Shown: positions 26,073-35,626 of the stretch, piece by piece
Layout of the letters: each line of letters opens with the position of its first letter
Position numbering within the stretch: position 1 is the first letter of the stretch
Assembly (NCBI GenBank): GCA_964643435.1
Contig: CAZXPY010000001.1
Coordinates: 74,802 to 138,801, forward strand
Direction of reading: 5' to 3'
DNA from: an uncultured Gammaproteobacteria bacterium
GTDB taxonomy: Bacteria > Patescibacteriota > Microgenomatia > Woykebacterales > RBG-16-39-9b
Length of the DNA stretch: 64,000 nt
Notes under the pieces: generated by a model
Database searches by the model: none
What the model was told of the DNA's origin: nothing
What the model saw: only the letters and a program-made list of their open reading frames with translations
Made by a program: the position numbers and the translations under genes

Positions 26073-27182
26073 ATGATTAGGGTTATTTCGGTTTTTGGAA
26101 CGAGACCGGAGGCAATAAAGATGGCGCCGGTGATTTTGGAATTAAGAAAATCCCCCCAGGTAAAATCAATTGTAGCGGTTACTGGTCAGCATCGCCAGAT
26201 GCTAGATTGGCCACTTCGGACATTTGAAATCACCCCTAATTATGATCTCAATATTATGAAGGAAAATCAAAGTCTCAGCGAAATTTTAATTAATGAATTT
26301 GAAGGTATTGAGAGAATTTTAAAAAAAGAAAGACCAGATCTTGTGCTTGTTCAAGGTGATACTACAACAACGCTTGCAGCCTCATTGGCCGCTTATTATA
26401 CAAGAATCAAATTAGCTCATGTAGAGGCGGGTCTGCGGTCCTTCGACAAAGACAACCCTTATCCAGAAGAGGTAAATAGAAGCTTAGTTGATTTGATGGC
26501 CGATTTTTGTTTTGCGCCGAGTATTGGATCAGAAAAGAACTTACTAAGAATAGGTATTGAAGAAAAAAGGATTTTCGTTACCGGCAATACTGGTATAGAT
26601 GCCTTGCATTTTGTTCTAGACAAAAAATTTGAAATAAAAAACGAAATCCTTAAAAAGATTAGTCTAAACGAAAAAATAATCTTACTTACTATCCATCGTC
26701 GCGAAAGTTATTTAGGGCCACAGATGAGAAATATCTTTGATGCTATCAGTAAAATTTCAAAGCAGTTTCCCAATATAAGGATTATTTACCCAGTACACCC
26801 CAACCCGAACGTCCAAAGTTTGGCTAGAGAAATCCTAGGAAAAGCCTCTAAAGTCACTTTGCTTGACAACCTCTCTTACGAAGATTTTGTTTATCTTTTT
26901 AAAAATTGCTACTTTGTGATGACGGATTCTGGTGGTATTCAAGAAGAGGCACCGTCTTTAAACAAACCAGTGTTGGTAATTAGAAATAAAACGGAAAGAC
27001 CGGAAGTAATCGAGATTGGGGCGGCAAAATTGGTTGGTACTGATTTAAATAATATTTTTAAATCCGCCACAACCCTTTTAAATAGTTCCGCGGAGTATCA
27101 AAAAATGATTAATAAAAAAAATCCTTATGGAGACGGAAGGGCAGCTAAAAAAATTGTCAAGATTCTTTTGGATAAATTATGA
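26073..27182 (+). CDS. wecB: UDP-N-acetylglucosamine 2-epimerase (non-hydrolysing)
   Basis: MIRVISVFGTRPEAIKMAPVI, HVEAGLRS, DSGGIQEEAP are classic WecB/MnaA motifs. Confidence 0.85.
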   Translation: MIRVISVFGTRPEAIKMAPVILELRKSPQVKSIVAVTGQHRQMLDWPLRTFEITPNYDLNIMKENQSLSEILINEFEGIERILKKERPDLVLVQGDTTTTLAASLAAYYTRIKLAHVEAGLRSFDKDNPYPEEVNRSLVDLMADFCFAPSIGSEKNLLRIGIEEKRIFVTGNTGIDALHFVLDKKFEIKNEILKKISLNEKIILLTIHRRESYLGPQMRNIFDAISKISKQFPNIRIIYPVHPNPNVQSLAREILGKASKVTLLDNLSYEDFVYLFKNCYFVMTDSGGIQEEAPSLNKPVLVIRNKTERPEVIEIGAAKLVGTDLNNIFKSATTLLNSSAEYQKMINKKNPYGDGRAAKKIVKILLDKL

Positions 27183-27907
27183 AAAAAAGTATAGCCGTTA
27201 TTATCCCCTTCTATAATGAGGAAAAAAACATCCCCCCACTTTTCGAAAAAATAACCGATATAAGAAACAAATTTGAGATTAACTTAGAGGTCATCGCTAT
27301 AAATGATGGTAGTAGCGATAATACTTTAAAGTCCCTGCAGAAACTATCGCAAAAATATGGATTTTTGCATGTTTTAAACTTAACCCCTAATCAAGGTATG
27401 GCCCAAGCTTTAAAACTTGGTATAAAGGAAGCTCTAAGGAGAGAATTTGATTATCTAGTTTTAATGGAAGGAGATTTATCTAACGACCCAAAACATATCC
27501 CTGATTTTGTTAGCAAAATTGGAGAAGGTTATGATCTTGTTTTGGGTAGCCGCTTTGTTAAAGGAGGGGGAATGGAAGGTATCGCTTTTACAAGAGTAGC
27601 CATAAGTGCCCTAGGAAATTTTTTTGGCAGGTTTATCTTAGGTATTAAAATTAGCGATTTTACTTGTGGTTTTAGAGCAGGCAAGAGAGAAGTTTTTGAA
27701 AAAATAAATTTAGAGGAAAAGACTTTTGGAATCCAGTTGGAAACTGTGGTGAAGGCAGCGGCTGCTGGTTTTAAAATAGGTGAAATACCGATAATACTGC
27801 GCCGCCGGCTTCACGGAACTTCAAGTATGATTTATAATTTGAATTTAATTGGTTCTTATATATCACTTTTTAAGAAATCTCGATTGTGGCTAAAGAGAAA
27901 AAAATGA
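27179..27907 (+). CDS. GT2 polyprenyl-phosphate hexose synthase (Dpm1-like)
   Basis: VIIPFYNEEKNI, INDGSSDNT, EGDLSNDP. Confidence 0.7.
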   Translation: MKKSIAVIIPFYNEEKNIPPLFEKITDIRNKFEINLEVIAINDGSSDNTLKSLQKLSQKYGFLHVLNLTPNQGMAQALKLGIKEALRREFDYLVLMEGDLSNDPKHIPDFVSKIGEGYDLVLGSRFVKGGGMEGIAFTRVAISALGNFFGRFILGIKISDFTCGFRAGKREVFEKINLEEKTFGIQLETVVKAAAAGFKIGEIPIILRRRLHGTSSMIYNLNLIGSYISLFKKSRLWLKRKK

Positions 27908-29178
27908 TACCCCTTAAGTTAATTCTAAATAAGCTGTTCAAAACAAAAGTTGGTCAGGGAAGTATAATACTTTTTTTAGCCTCTTTTCTAAGCGGTTTTT
28001 TTAATTATTTATTTAACCCGCTTATGGGTAGGTTTCTAGGCCCCGATCTTTATGGGGAACTTGCCAGTTTACTTTCATTGCTAAATTTAACAAGTGTAGT
28101 CACGCTTGCTTTAGGTACTGTTGTAGTGAAATTTACAGCCGATTTTAAAGCAAAAGGCGAAAATACTAAAATCAACGAGCTTCTTTTAGGTCTAACAAAA
28201 AAAATTTTCTATTTAAGTGGATTATTTTTTGTTCTTCTCGCTTTTGCAAGCAATCAAATTGCCAACTTTTTAAAACTGAATCAAAGTTTACCAGTAATAA
28301 TTTTGGCAGCCCTAATTGCAATTAGCTTCTTTCTAACAATTAATAATGGAATTTTGCAAGGTCTTCTAAACTTTACTTTTTATTCAATAAGTCTTTTATC
28401 CCAATCTTTATCAAGATTAATATTTGGATTGGTGATAGTTACGCTCGGTTTTAAACTAAATGGAGTGATGTTTGCTATTCTTTTTGGTTTGGGGTTAACC
28501 TATATTTTAACTTTTTATCCTCTTAAACAGTACTTAAGAAAAGTTCCTAAAAAAATTGAATTTCCTTGGACAGGGCTTTTTTCATATTCTTTAACCACCT
28601 TTATTTCAATTTTAGGATTGGCATTAATTATGACTACTGATTTAGTCTTGGTGAAACATTTTTTTTCAAGCTATGAGGCCGGACTTTATTCAGCTGCTTC
28701 TTTAACTGCCAAAATAATTTTGTTTCTAGTAACGCCGGTTATTTTGGTTATGTTTCCTTTAATTTCAGAACGTGCAAGCAGCAATAAAGGGTATATTCAT
28801 TTACTATATTACACTTTTGGATTTGCTTTATTTGCGGGAGTGTTGTTAACAATCACTTATTTCCTTTTTTCTAAATTTATTTTAGGGATTCTTTTCGGGC
28901 AAAAATATTTAGAAGTTGCTAATATCTTAGGTCTATTCGCCTTGTTTATCTTTCTTTACACCCTCTCAACGGTTTTAGTTTATTTTTACCTTTCGATTCA
29001 AAAAATAAAGGTAGCGGCTATTCCTTTTTTAATTAGTCTTTTACAAATTATATTAATTTGGTTTTATCATAGTTCTTTACTGGTAGTTCTCCAAATAAAC
29101 TTACTTGTAAGCGCTTTACTACTGTTCCTCTTAATGGTATATTACGCGAAGCTAAAATTTAACTATGGAAGAAACTAG
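27904..29178 (+). CDS. Wzx-like polysaccharide/oligosaccharide flippase (MOP superfamily)
   Basis: About 425 aa with 12-14 TM helices. The ATG at 27904 forms an ATGA overlap with the upstream stop (track start is GTG 27886). Confidence 0.55.
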   Translation: MIPLKLILNKLFKTKVGQGSIILFLASFLSGFFNYLFNPLMGRFLGPDLYGELASLLSLLNLTSVVTLALGTVVVKFTADFKAKGENTKINELLLGLTKKIFYLSGLFFVLLAFASNQIANFLKLNQSLPVIILAALIAISFFLTINNGILQGLLNFTFYSISLLSQSLSRLIFGLVIVTLGFKLNGVMFAILFGLGLTYILTFYPLKQYLRKVPKKIEFPWTGLFSYSLTTFISILGLALIMTTDLVLVKHFFSSYEAGLYSAASLTAKIILFLVTPVILVMFPLISERASSNKGYIHLLYYTFGFALFAGVLLTITYFLFSKFILGILFGQKYLEVANILGLFALFIFLYTLSTVLVYFYLSIQKIKVAAIPFLISLLQIILIWFYHSSLLVVLQINLLVSALLLFLLMVYYAKLKFNYGRN

Positions 29179-29962
29179 AATTCAAAAACTTTCGGTTATA
29201 GTACCGGCGTTTAAACAAGCAGATTCAGTAACGGCTGATATAAAAAATATAATAAACACTCTTAAACAGATTCGTTATTCTTGGGAGCTAATAGTAGTGG
29301 TAGATGGTAAAGAAGATGAGACATACAATCGGGCGAAAAAATTGGAGAGTGAACAAATTAGAGTTTACGGTTTTGAAAAAAATAGAGGAAAGGGTTACGC
29401 AGTTCGTTACGGTATGGCAAGGAGTAGTGGCGATATAATTGCTTTTTTAGATTCGGGTATGGAAATTAATCCAAACGGTATTAGTATGTTGCTTGAACAT
29501 CTGGAATGGTATAGGGCCGATGTGGTAGTGGGTTCCAAACGTCACCCTGCTTCTAAGGTTAATTATCCCTTTTTTCGGAGAATTTTAAGTTTAGGCTACC
29601 AAATTTTAGTCTTTTTACTTTTTGGTTTAAGAATAAGAGACACCCAAGTCGGTTTGAAAGTTTTTCGACGAGGGGTCTTGGAAGACGTTCTGCCCAGACT
29701 TTTAGTTAAAAGATATGCATTTGATGTGGAGATGTTAGCCGTTGCCCATTATTTGGGGTATAAGCGAATCTTTGAGGCTCCGGTTGAACTTGAATATAAT
29801 TTTTCCCTAGCAGCAGCAGCAAAATGGAGTAACATTTTAAATATGTTGGTCGATACTTTTGCAATTTTCTATCGCTTAAAAATTCTTAACTACTACAGTG
29901 ATAAAAATAAAAGAAAATGGCGCTACGACCCAGAACTCGAATTTAAAGTCAATGTTGGATAG
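29165..29962 (+). CDS. GT2 family glycosyltransferase
   Basis: SVIVPAF, VVDGKEDET, LDSGME (DxD-like), GT-A fold. Confidence 0.6.
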   Translation: MEETRIQKLSVIVPAFKQADSVTADIKNIINTLKQIRYSWELIVVVDGKEDETYNRAKKLESEQIRVYGFEKNRGKGYAVRYGMARSSGDIIAFLDSGMEINPNGISMLLEHLEWYRADVVVGSKRHPASKVNYPFFRRILSLGYQILVFLLFGLRIRDTQVGLKVFRRGVLEDVLPRLLVKRYAFDVEMLAVAHYLGYKRIFEAPVELEYNFSLAAAAKWSNILNMLVDTFAIFYRLKILNYYSDKNKRKWRYDPELEFKVNVG

Positions 29963-29969
29963 CTTATAG

Positions 29970-29998
29970 TTGCAAAAAACTGATATTTATGATATACT
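29970..29998 (+). promoter_or_regulatory. Sigma70-like promoter (TTGCAA, 17-nt spacer, TATACT) upstream of the GNAT gene
   Basis: TTGCAA at 29970-29975 and TATACT at 29993-29998, followed by a strong Shine-Dalgarno AAGGAGGAGG before ATG 30031. Confidence 0.35.
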
Positions 29999-30030
29999 TC
30001 TACCCCAATTCGCCAAAAGGAGGAGGATAG

Positions 30031-30600
30031 ATGGATCAGACTCAAGAAAAACTTCTTGATGATTTAGAACGTTACGAAGAAAGGACTTGGCCAGAGGGTA
30101 CCCGGGCAAGTCGGGAGAACTTTGCTGCTAGGCTAAGAACTTTTTCCGAAGGCTTTTTGATTGAAAAAACTGGCGGTGAAATTGCTGGTGTCTGTACAGC
30201 TGAGATCATAAACTATGACCCAGATAAGCCCCCTCTTTCTTGGGAGGAGGTTACCGATAATGGGTCTATCAATACCCATGACCCTTCTGGCAACGCTCTT
30301 TACATCGTTTCTATTGGTGTAGACCCTAAGTACCAGGGTAAGGGTGTTGGATCTTCACTACTTAATAGGCAAAAGGAATTAGCGCGTTCTTTGGGTTTGC
30401 AATACGTAGTTTTAGGTAGCCGTGTGCCTTTTTACCACCAGCACAAAGAAGTACCGGTTGAAGATTACGTTGAAACTGACCCTGAAATTCGATTTTATCG
30501 AAAAAATTCCTTCGAAATGGTGAAAATTGTGCCAAACTATATGGAGTATGATAAGGAAAGTCTAAACTACGGGGTGGTTATGCACTGCAAAGTTTCATAA
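30031..30600 (+). CDS. GNAT-family N-acetyltransferase (compositionally atypical)
   Basis: Acetyl-CoA binding pattern ..VSIGVDPKYQGKGVGSSLLN... GC about 45% over the first 120 nt, against roughly 28-33% in neighbouring genes. Confidence 0.45.
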   Translation: MDQTQEKLLDDLERYEERTWPEGTRASRENFAARLRTFSEGFLIEKTGGEIAGVCTAEIINYDPDKPPLSWEEVTDNGSINTHDPSGNALYIVSIGVDPKYQGKGVGSSLLNRQKELARSLGLQYVVLGSRVPFYHQHKEVPVEDYVETDPEIRFYRKNSFEMVKIVPNYMEYDKESLNYGVVMHCKVS

Positions 30601-30620
30601 TCGCCCCTTCTTATTTTATA

Positions 30621-31322
30621 ATGATTAAAATGAAACTAAATATACCAGATAAGAAGACAAGAGAAACAATAAATAAGAACCATCTTAAAAACAACGTAAC
30701 AATAGTTGATCCTTTGACAAGCTATATTTCCGCCGAAGTTAAAATTAAAGCTGGTACAACAATTTACCCTAATACGTTTATCTTAGGGAAAAGTGAAATT
30801 GGCCAAAATTGCGATATTGGCCCAAATAGTTTAATTACCGATTCAAAAATAGGATTGGGTTCTAAAATAATTTATTCAGTAATAGAAGAATCGGAGGTTT
30901 CTTTTGGTGTTTCTGTTGGACCATTTTCGCATTTGCGACCAAAAACTTTTGTTGAAAGTAAAGTTCGAATCGGTAATTTTGCAGAAATTAAAAATTCTAA
31001 GATTGGAGAGGGTTCAGAAATTGGTCACCACTGTTATATTGGAGATACAACTTTAGGTAGAGGAGTAAATATTGGTGCAGGAACAATTACGGCCAATTTT
31101 GATGGGGTGAAAAAATACGAAACTAAAATAGCCGATAAAGTTTTTCTTGGATCCAACACTGTTCTGGTTGCGCCAGTTAATATTGGTGAAGAGGCAAAAA
31201 CCGGAGCAGGCGCAGTCGTAATAAACGATCTTCCTCCTAACAGCCTTTCTGTTGGAGTACCAGCAAAAGTTATAAAAATAAAGGGTAAGCGGGTTAAAAC
31301 AAGTGAAAATCTTGATCTTTAA
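30621..31322 (+). CDS. Left-handed beta-helix (hexapeptide-repeat) acetyltransferase, GlmU C-terminal domain-like
   Basis: Hexapeptide repeats; the segment GAGTITANFDGVKKYETKIADKVFLGSNTVLVAPVNIGEEAKTGAGAVV closely parallels the GlmU acetyltransferase domain; no nucleotidyltransferase domain is attached. Confidence 0.6.
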   Translation: MIKMKLNIPDKKTRETINKNHLKNNVTIVDPLTSYISAEVKIKAGTTIYPNTFILGKSEIGQNCDIGPNSLITDSKIGLGSKIIYSVIEESEVSFGVSVGPFSHLRPKTFVESKVRIGNFAEIKNSKIGEGSEIGHHCYIGDTTLGRGVNIGAGTITANFDGVKKYETKIADKVFLGSNTVLVAPVNIGEEAKTGAGAVVINDLPPNSLSVGVPAKVIKIKGKRVKTSENLDL

Positions 31323-32403
31323 TTGGCGGGATATTAAAAACCCCAAATCTGGAGGCGCCGAACTCGTCACCCACGAAATTTCTAAGAGATGGGTAAACCG
31401 CGGGCACGAAGTTACTCTTTTTACATCTTCTTTCCCTCTCTCAAAAAAAGAAGAAATTATTGACAAAGTAAAAATTATCCGTAGCGGCCAGCAATGGAGC
31501 GTCCATTGGAAAGCCTATCTTCATTATAAAAAATATTTTAAGGGAAAGTTTGACATCGTAATTGACGAGATAAATACAATTCCCTTTTTTACTCCTCTTT
31601 ACGTTAAAGAGAAAAAAATAGCCTATTTTAATCAACTTGCCCGGGAAATTTGGTTTTATGAAAGTTTTTTCCCTGTTTTTCTGTTAGGTTATCTACTAGA
31701 ACCTCTTTATTTAAGATTTTACCGGAATATTCCGACAATGGTAATATCCGCTTCTACGAAAAGGGACTTAGTGTCAATGGGTTTTAAAAATGTGGAAGTT
31801 TTTCCTATGGCAGTTGACTTTGAAAAAACCCAGAAATTCTTAGAGGAAAAGGAAAAAAATTTAACAATTATTTATGTTGGGAGGTTAGTTTCTTCCAAAA
31901 AAGTGGTTGATATAATTGGGGCTTTTCGGATAATTGCCAAAAAGGCAAAAGATTCTAAACTTTGGATTGTTGGTTCAGGAAATAAGAAATATGAAGAAAA
32001 GCTAAAAAAATTAGTTGAAAAGTACTCTTTAAAAGATTCAGTGAGGTTTTTTGGCTACGTAACCCAAGAGGAAAAATATAAGTTAATGAGTAAAGCTACA
32101 GTTATTGCAGTTACATCCATAAGAGAAGGTTGGGGGTTAATTGTCACTGAAGCAAATTCACTTATGACCCCGGCGGTTGTTTATAACAGCCCAGGCTTAC
32201 GCGACGCTGTTATACATAACGAAACTGGTTTAATCTGCGAAGATAACAACCCGGACGATTTAGCTAAGAATATTCTTAGTCTTTTGAATAGAGATATTTA
32301 TAGTCGGTTACAAAAAAATGCCTATACTGACAGTAAAAATAAAACTTGGGAAAAAACTGCCAAAACTTCTTTACAAATATTAAAAAAAATTTATTATGGA
32401 TAA
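31303..32403 (+). CDS. GT4 family (GT-B fold) glycosyltransferase
   Basis: C-terminal Glycos_transf_1 pattern (..SIREGWGLIVTEANSLMTPAVV..); GTG start. Confidence 0.7.
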   Translation: MKILIFNWRDIKNPKSGGAELVTHEISKRWVNRGHEVTLFTSSFPLSKKEEIIDKVKIIRSGQQWSVHWKAYLHYKKYFKGKFDIVIDEINTIPFFTPLYVKEKKIAYFNQLAREIWFYESFFPVFLLGYLLEPLYLRFYRNIPTMVISASTKRDLVSMGFKNVEVFPMAVDFEKTQKFLEEKEKNLTIIYVGRLVSSKKVVDIIGAFRIIAKKAKDSKLWIVGSGNKKYEEKLKKLVEKYSLKDSVRFFGYVTQEEKYKLMSKATVIAVTSIREGWGLIVTEANSLMTPAVVYNSPGLRDAVIHNETGLICEDNNPDDLAKNILSLLNRDIYSRLQKNAYTDSKNKTWEKTAKTSLQILKKIYYG

Positions 32404-33211
32404 GTTTTTAGTTTCCTGTATTGTAAACACGAGAAATGAAGAAAAATTGATTCAGAACTGTTTAGATTCTATTAAGGACCAAACTTACGAAGGTACCGAA
32501 ATAATTGTTGTTGATAATAATTCAACCGATAATACAAAACAAATCTCTAAAAGATATACCGATAAAGTACTTAATTTTGGACCAGAACGGAGCTCCCAAA
32601 AAAATTTTGGTGCAAAAAAAGCAAGTGGAGAATATCTATTATTCGTAGACGCCGATATGGAATTGAATAAAAATGTAATTAGAGAATGTATCCAACTGAT
32701 CAAAGAAGATTCTAGTATGAAAGCGATAATTATTCCCGAAGAATCCTTCGGCGAAGGGTTTTGGGCAGAAGTACGAGCGTTGGAAAAAAAATGCTACCTC
32801 GAAGATCCTTATATTGAAGCGGCAAGATTTTTTTTAAGAGAAGTATTTCTAAAAACGGGGGGTTATGATGAGGGATTAATCGCTGGAGAAGATTGGGATT
32901 TAACTAATCGGTTGAAGGGAAAGATTAAAATTGGGAGAATCAAGAGCTTTTTAAGGCATAATGAAGGGAAGCTTTCTTTATTTGGTGCAGTAAGAAAAAA
33001 ATTTTATTACAGTAAGCATATTAAGAAATTTATAGATAAAAATAAGAATTTTTCTCAACTTACCCCTTTTCGAATTGCGTTTCTGCGTAATTGGCGTCTA
33101 CTTATTGGAAATCCAATCCTTTCTTTAGGTTTGGTAATACTCAAAACTTGTGAATTTAGTGCCGGTTTGGTAGGATTGTTGTTAAGCCCTTCCAAGAAAG
33201 GGCAATTTTAA
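32396..33211 (+). CDS. GT2 family glycosyltransferase
   Basis: CIVNTRNEEKLI, VDNNSTDNT, VDADME. Confidence 0.65.
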   Translation: MDKFLVSCIVNTRNEEKLIQNCLDSIKDQTYEGTEIIVVDNNSTDNTKQISKRYTDKVLNFGPERSSQKNFGAKKASGEYLLFVDADMELNKNVIRECIQLIKEDSSMKAIIIPEESFGEGFWAEVRALEKKCYLEDPYIEAARFFLREVFLKTGGYDEGLIAGEDWDLTNRLKGKIKIGRIKSFLRHNEGKLSLFGAVRKKFYYSKHIKKFIDKNKNFSQLTPFRIAFLRNWRLLIGNPILSLGLVILKTCEFSAGLVGLLLSPSKKGQF

Positions 33212-33222
33212 AGGGAAAAAAT

Positions 33223-33240
33223 GAGATTTTCATCTCTTTT
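33223..33240. terminator. Small hairpin + T-run (weak intrinsic terminator/attenuator-like)
   Basis: GAGAT-TTTC-ATCTC followed by TTTT, with an A-run upstream. Only a 5-bp stem. Confidence 0.15.
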
Positions 33241-33249
33241 ATAAATAAA

Positions 33250-34452
33250 ATGAAAAAACCAAAATATCAAATTGGAGTTGGTGGTACTTTTATTGGAGCT
33301 AGTGCTAGAAGATACGTTAACGATGTATTAACAAGTAATCGGCTTTCTTACGGAAAATATACTCAGAAACTGGAGGAAAAATTTGCCCGGCTGCATAACC
33401 GAAAGTTTGCTATTTTTTGTAATTCCGGCACCAGTGCTCTTCAAGTAGCCGTACACGCTCTGAAAGAATACTATGGCTGGAAGAGTGGCGATGAAGTTTT
33501 AGTTCCGGCAATTACATTTATCGCTACTAGTAACGTTGTACTTGCCAATAATTTGAAGCCAGTTTTTGTTGATGTTGAGAAAGATTATTATGAAATTGAT
33601 CCCACAAAAATAGAAGAAAAAATAACGAGTAAAACTCGGGCAATTATGCCTGTTCATCTTTTTGGTCAACCTTGCGATATGGAGCCCATTTTAAAAATAG
33701 CCGAAAAACACAATTTGAAGGTGATTGAAGATTCTTGTGAGACAATGTTTGTAAAATATAAGGGTGAGCCGACTGGGTCTTGGGGTGATATAGCTTGTTT
33801 CTCGACTTACGTTGCCCATCTTTTAGTTACCGGAGTTGGCGGTTTCGCTTTAACTAACGATCCTGATTTAGCCGTTTTGCTTAAAAGTCTTTTTAACCAC
33901 GGTCGAGATAATATTTATCTTTCAATAGATGATGATAAAACTTCTGATCCAAAGAAGCTTTTCAAAATTGCCAATCGCCGTTTCAACTTTATCCATATTG
34001 GTTACAGTTACCGAGCGACTGAGATGGAAGCAGCCCTTGGATTAGTAGGGTTGGAACAAAAGAACATAATGTTAAAAAAACGTCAGGAAAATGCAAGATA
34101 TTTAACAATTCACCTAAAAAAATTTGAAAATGATCTTCAGCTACCAAAAATCCGTTCCCGAACCGAGCATGCTTTTATGATGTACCCAATTGTTATTAGG
34201 AAGAACTCAAAAATAAAGAGAGATGATTTAATTTACTTTTTGGAGAAGGAACGTATAGAAACACGCTATTTAATGCCACTTCTCTCCCAACCAATTTACA
34301 AAAAACTTTTTGGTAATATTGAAAAAGATTACCCCGTGGCAAAATGGATTGATAGTAATGGTTTTTATATTGGTTGTCATCAAGAACTAAAAAAAAGCGA
34401 CCTTGATTATGTTGTCTACACATTCGAAAAATTTTTTGAAAAAAAAGGCTAA
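33250..34452 (+). CDS. DegT/DnrJ/EryC1/StrS family PLP-dependent sugar aminotransferase
   Basis: About 400 aa; Gly-rich N-terminus; FNSGTSALQVA; conserved Lys region ..CFSTYVAHLL... Confidence 0.75.
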   Translation: MKKPKYQIGVGGTFIGASARRYVNDVLTSNRLSYGKYTQKLEEKFARLHNRKFAIFCNSGTSALQVAVHALKEYYGWKSGDEVLVPAITFIATSNVVLANNLKPVFVDVEKDYYEIDPTKIEEKITSKTRAIMPVHLFGQPCDMEPILKIAEKHNLKVIEDSCETMFVKYKGEPTGSWGDIACFSTYVAHLLVTGVGGFALTNDPDLAVLLKSLFNHGRDNIYLSIDDDKTSDPKKLFKIANRRFNFIHIGYSYRATEMEAALGLVGLEQKNIMLKKRQENARYLTIHLKKFENDLQLPKIRSRTEHAFMMYPIVIRKNSKIKRDDLIYFLEKERIETRYLMPLLSQPIYKKLFGNIEKDYPVAKWIDSNGFYIGCHQELKKSDLDYVVYTFEKFFEKKG

Positions 34453-34468
34453 TTTAAAAATTGGAATA

Positions 34469-35626
34469 ATGGTTGATGCTCTGCATCTTGGTGGGGTTGA
34501 GAAAGTTGCAGCGAGAGAGGTAAAAGAACTTTTAAAAAAGGGGATTGATGCGAAGTTTATAGTTTTAAGAAAAGATTTTGGAGAAGCAAAAGAATTTAAA
34601 AAAATTTTGCGGGATGTACCAACGATTTACTTAGACCAAAGATTACCAGCAATTGCCCGTTTCTCCTTTGTTTTTCCGCCCTTTTCTTATTTTTCGCTTT
34701 TTCATATAACCTATCCCTTTCTAATTCCCCTTGTTGTAAAAAGCGATGAGTTTGATTGTCTTATAAGTCATGCCACTTATACAACTTTTACCGCTTTTGG
34801 AATAAGTAAATCCAAAGGGATTTCTTATATCCCAATTATTTGGGATCCAATTTCGTACATTTTGGGTAAAGTCTATAGACATACAATTTTAAAACACTTT
34901 TTCCCAATTTTATTACCTCTTGGAAGATTTTTAGATTCTTTTTTAGTCAAGAATTCTTTGGCAACACTTACAACTTGTTCGGAACATAAATCAACTCTTG
35001 AGAGACTTTCTAAAAGAAAAGTTAATATTTTTACGCCCGGATGCGACCCACTGACGAGAGTTCCATTAAAAAGAGAAAATTTTATCCTTTCAGTTACAAA
35101 GTGGACTACTGGTAAGAAAGCTGAATTTTTGTTTGAACTGCTTTCGAAAATGCCTAAAGAAGTAAAACTAGTTTTAGCTGGCGCTTGGAATAAAAAATAC
35201 TTAGCTGAGATTAAAAAATTAATTGAAAAAACCAATTTTCAGAAAAGAGTTTTAATTACTGGTAGTATTAGTGAAAGTAAGCTACGGGGGCTTTACCAAA
35301 AAGCAAAAGTTTTGGTTTTAGCAAATTTTGAAGCCTTTGGTATGGGGGGTCTAGAAGCATCTGCTTATGGCTGTCCGATTATAATTCCAAAAGGATCAGG
35401 GGTCACGCAAATTTTTATTGATGGGAAAAGTGGCATTTTTCCAAAGGAAGGGGATAAGGAAGGCTATTTAAAGGCGTTAAAAAGAGTTTACAATGATGAA
35501 AATTTGGCAGTAAGTTTAGGAAAAAACGCTTGGAAAATAGCTAAGGAAAAAAGCTGGAACAATCACGCGCAGTTTCTAATTAATTTTGTCTCAGCCGAGC
35601 TAAATAAGAAATTCCATGAAGCCTAA
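34469..35626 (+). CDS. GT4 family glycosyltransferase
   Basis: GT-B architecture with C-terminal ..EAFGMGGLEASAYGCPII... ATG 34469 is preferred over TTG 34403, which overlaps DegT. Confidence 0.65.
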   Translation: MVDALHLGGVEKVAAREVKELLKKGIDAKFIVLRKDFGEAKEFKKILRDVPTIYLDQRLPAIARFSFVFPPFSYFSLFHITYPFLIPLVVKSDEFDCLISHATYTTFTAFGISKSKGISYIPIIWDPISYILGKVYRHTILKHFFPILLPLGRFLDSFLVKNSLATLTTCSEHKSTLERLSKRKVNIFTPGCDPLTRVPLKRENFILSVTKWTTGKKAEFLFELLSKMPKEVKLVLAGAWNKKYLAEIKKLIEKTNFQKRVLITGSISESKLRGLYQKAKVLVLANFEAFGMGGLEASAYGCPIIIPKGSGVTQIFIDGKSGIFPKEGDKEGYLKALKRVYNDENLAVSLGKNAWKIAKEKSWNNHAQFLINFVSAELNKKFHEA

